DNA of 63,638 bases, the filler included, from Atractiella rhizophila (Eukaryota): the NCBI GenBank assembly GCA_021432655.1. It is 4 parts of 4 records of this genome, joined end to end, with 100 filler letters (N's around TTAATTAATTAA, not from the genome) between each part and the next. Parts side by side here need not be neighbours in the genome. Positions count along the whole stretch, not along the records: positions 51,112 to 62,490 come from MU271838.1; positions 62,591 to 63,638 come from MU271924.1; 2 more parts are not named here. One strand, 5' to 3'. The number at the start of each line of letters is the position of its first letter. The first letter of the stretch is position 1. Below the pieces are notes generated by a model, which saw nothing but the letters and a program-made list of their open reading frames with translations, had not been told where the DNA came from and did no database searches. Shown here in pieces: positions 60,950 through 63,638 of the stretch. Both the position numbers and the translations under genes were made by a program.

Positions 60950-61760
60950 ATGACAGAGCAACTCAAGCCTTACTTCCCTACCTTCCCTTGGGATGTCTTT
61001 CCCGGCCTTCAAGGTGAGCTATTGTTGTCCACCTTCCTCCAATTCGTGATGTCTCCTTTCTTCCATGCATTGTGAACGCTTCGACGCGACTTTGATGTCG
61101 TGTTGACTGAGCTCAAGATGGATTTTCAACCATCTCTTCACTCCTTCGTAATTTGCTTTCTAGCATGGTTCTCCGTTGGATGCATCTGACGCTTCCTGTT
61201 TTGCCGGGATCACGATGGTGGATAGAAAGAGGAAGATGCCTTCATTGTTTGAACCACAACCTAATGTGCACCTGCACCATGGTCCCAGTCGGGAAAGACA
61301 TGATCGTCCGTCCTCTATCCTCTTCAAAACCGAACAAGTAATTTGACCTCCGTCATCACCACAGCTCGAGAGCTACTCCATCCCAGCCCTCCCCTCAGAC
61401 GCCACACTCATCCAACATCTCGCGCGCTTCCTCGCTCTCTCCGAACACCACCCCTCCCTCCTACGCGGAGGGAGTATCGACTTCCACAAATTCTTCGACG
61501 ACAATCTCTCCAGCGTCCTCTCCCTCTTCCCTTCCAATAAGGAGAGAGTGATGGACCTGATCAAGAGCGGCGAGAAGAATATTTACTCGAGAGAAGAGGA
61601 TAAAATGGTCCTTAAACTCCTGAGGAAGAAGAGAGGGTTTAGGAAGGCGGGGCCGGTGGAGTTGAAGAGCGAGACGGTGAGTGCGGCGGAGAAGTTGATA
61701 GAGGGAAGGTGGAGCGAGATGACGCGTGAGTTTACCAGTCTTGAAGTGATGAAATATTGA
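60950..61760 (+). CDS. Hypothetical protein (5' exon structure unresolved)
   Basis: The last exon from 61365 reads LESYSIPALP...VMDLIKSGEK...VMKY*. The preceding exon has RCLHCLNHNLMC. Clear GT-AG introns. Divergent from COX6. Confidence 0.4.
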
Positions 61761-62490
61761 TGAAGGAACATGTTGAATGGCGGATAGACTTCGATACGCT
61801 CCTCATCAATAACGCGTTCCAAAGGTCATCCGAAGAATACTCAATCAACGAACCAGTATTCAAGTCCGTCTTCCCCTTCTCTTCTTCCTATCCTCACAAC
61901 TGAACATTTTTATCTATGATCCTTGCATTGGTTATGTGTACAGGCTGGTATACGAAGTGAACGACATAATTGACCACTCGTTCGACTCTTGGGCTGCGGA
62001 CTGGCATATCAGTTTGGAGACGACTGGGGAGGTGGAGAGAAAGCAGAGGGAGGAGGAAGATAAGTCGAAGATCTAATGAATGACGTTCTGATGGACTCTG
62101 GGCGAATAATAAGCGATGTGAAGAAAAGAATGTACAGATTAACATGGTGTTGAAGTTTGAAATGTGTAGCCAAGTTAGCCCTTTATGATCTATCTCGTCC
62201 TCATATATTCAGGACAACAAGATGACTCCCGTTCAATCAGGTGCAATATGATCGACTGTAATAGTGCATCCCCTCACATTGAACTATGTCACTTTGTATA
62301 ATATTTTCGAATGAAATGGCCCAACATCTCAATCCATCCTCTTGCTTTCCTAGAAAAGTTGCCTATCACTTACGTCTCCATTTCCTTTCCTCCTCTTCAG
62401 AATCCGGTGCAGGTGATACCGAACCACGGACGGCTCTAGTCGTACAATTCCACCCACTCTCAGGCGATGTTGACCGCTCCACCCTCTTCC

Positions 62491-62590
62491 NNNNNNNNNN
62501 NNNNNNNNNNNNNNNNNNNNNNNNNNNNNNNNNNTTAATTAATTAANNNNNNNNNNNNNNNNNNNNNNNNNNNNNNNNNNNNNNNNNNNN
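62491..62590. other. Assembly gap with TTAATTAATTAA linker
   Basis: 100-nt N block with spacer. Confidence 0.97.
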
Positions 62591-63567
62591 GTCCTCGCCA
62601 ACTGAGCTCGAGGAGGCATGGGCGTGCTTTTCGCCTTCATCATACACCGAACGCTCCAAGGAAGATTCGATGAAGAACCGACTGGAGGGCGAACATGTCG
62701 CCCTTGTTCCTCAGAAAGGAGCTGAAATTGTTCCTTCTCTTGAGGTGTCAGACGGTGCTTCGCTTCTGCCTCCAGTGCTTTCTCTGCGATCAAACGACCA
62801 ATCGATCCATGCCTCTCTTCCATTGCCTGTGCGCTACGTTTAATACGATCGCTCCACGAGACACTTTCACGGAATCCGTTCTCGATCTGGGATTGTGTTG
62901 CTCCTGAGTGTGGAGAGATCTTCTGCTCGCTTGCTCCTTTAAAAAACGAGGCAAACCAAGGTGAGGTTTCATCAGGAGGTGCACTGCGCGTGGTCGTTGC
63001 ATCAAGTTTGACTGATGGTTCTTCCACTCGTTCTTCAGGTTTACCTTCTTCCTTTGGAATAGTGGTATGCAGTCGTTCCTTCGCTTCCTTCTCCTCGAGC
63101 TCTCGGATTTGTCCATGCAAGCTTTGAAGCGCTTCATTTCTCAATTGATTTCCATACGCCATCGAACGCTCCGCCGTCGTGGTAGCGTTGCTTTCATCAA
63201 AGTGAGGGAAACTCGCTTCTTTTTTTGGGAGAGGAGCAGCATCACCGAAAAGGTAGTCGTTAATGGGTGAGGGATTGTCTGGTGAGGAAGAATCGGGGAG
63301 ACGCTTCCGTGGTTTCTGCTCACTTTCTCCTATTGACGGTTCGCCCGATGAAGCAGCGACATGCTCCTCAGGGTTAGAGGATGGGCCAGAATGCTGATGC
63401 TTGTGTCCACACCCCGTTTTGTGTTCCTCCTCTTCTCGCAGCAGCCTTTCTTCTTCACTCTCACGCAGCTCGTCTCCTTCAGCTCTTCGTTGACTGAGCT
63501 TCACAAGTTCCTCCAACCTTAACCCGCGCTGCAGTAATCCACTATTCTCCAAGTCCTTCGTACTCAT
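62591..63567 (-). CDS. Hypothetical Glu/Ser-rich protein, partial (runs into gap, may begin outside the window)
   Basis: Open frame of about 325 codons with charged coiled-coil-like segments. No domain recognised. Confidence 0.6.
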
Positions 63568-63638
63568 TTCTTTTAGCGTACCAGGGTCAAGACCATGTTT
63601 CGAGAGCAGTTTAGAGACTCGGGTATGTGAGGAGAGAG

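Overview
Intron-rich fungal genomic DNA, most likely a basidiomycete (inferred from very short GT-AG introns, micro-exons, CTRAY branch points and protein styles). It is a draft scaffold with four N gaps, three carrying a TTAATTAATTAA six-frame-stop linker. I assembled about 24 spliced protein genes by eye: two Zn2Cys6-type regulators, a UPF0658 membrane protein, an intronless 824-aa unknown ORF, a secreted GH23/SLT lysozyme-like protein, a head-to-head pair of a phenol/hydroxybenzoate FAD hydroxylase and a CYP53 benzoate 4-hydroxylase, histone H4, a DAL5/ACS-family MFS transporter, S-formylglutathione hydrolase, two tandem Ure2/Nu-class GSTs, SCP2, RDH54/RAD54B, a VanZ protein with a duplicated 5' half, a ~1350-aa FAM72-domain protein with a 905-bp intron, NHA1, the first exon of ERG25, an F-box-like protein, COX6 and several hypotheticals. 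There is also an intron-containing tRNA-Phe, a solo LTR nested inside an older LTR of the same family (5-bp TSD), and a CACTA-type transposase relic. Best leads: a candidate aromatic-acid catabolism and glutathione detox neighbourhood (14.4-29.9 kb, interrupted by one gap), the FAM72 giant protein and its long intron, the intronless orphan beside the LTRs, the VanZ duplication, and clear CpG-targeted mutation of repeats. All family assignments come from motif recognition, not database searches.
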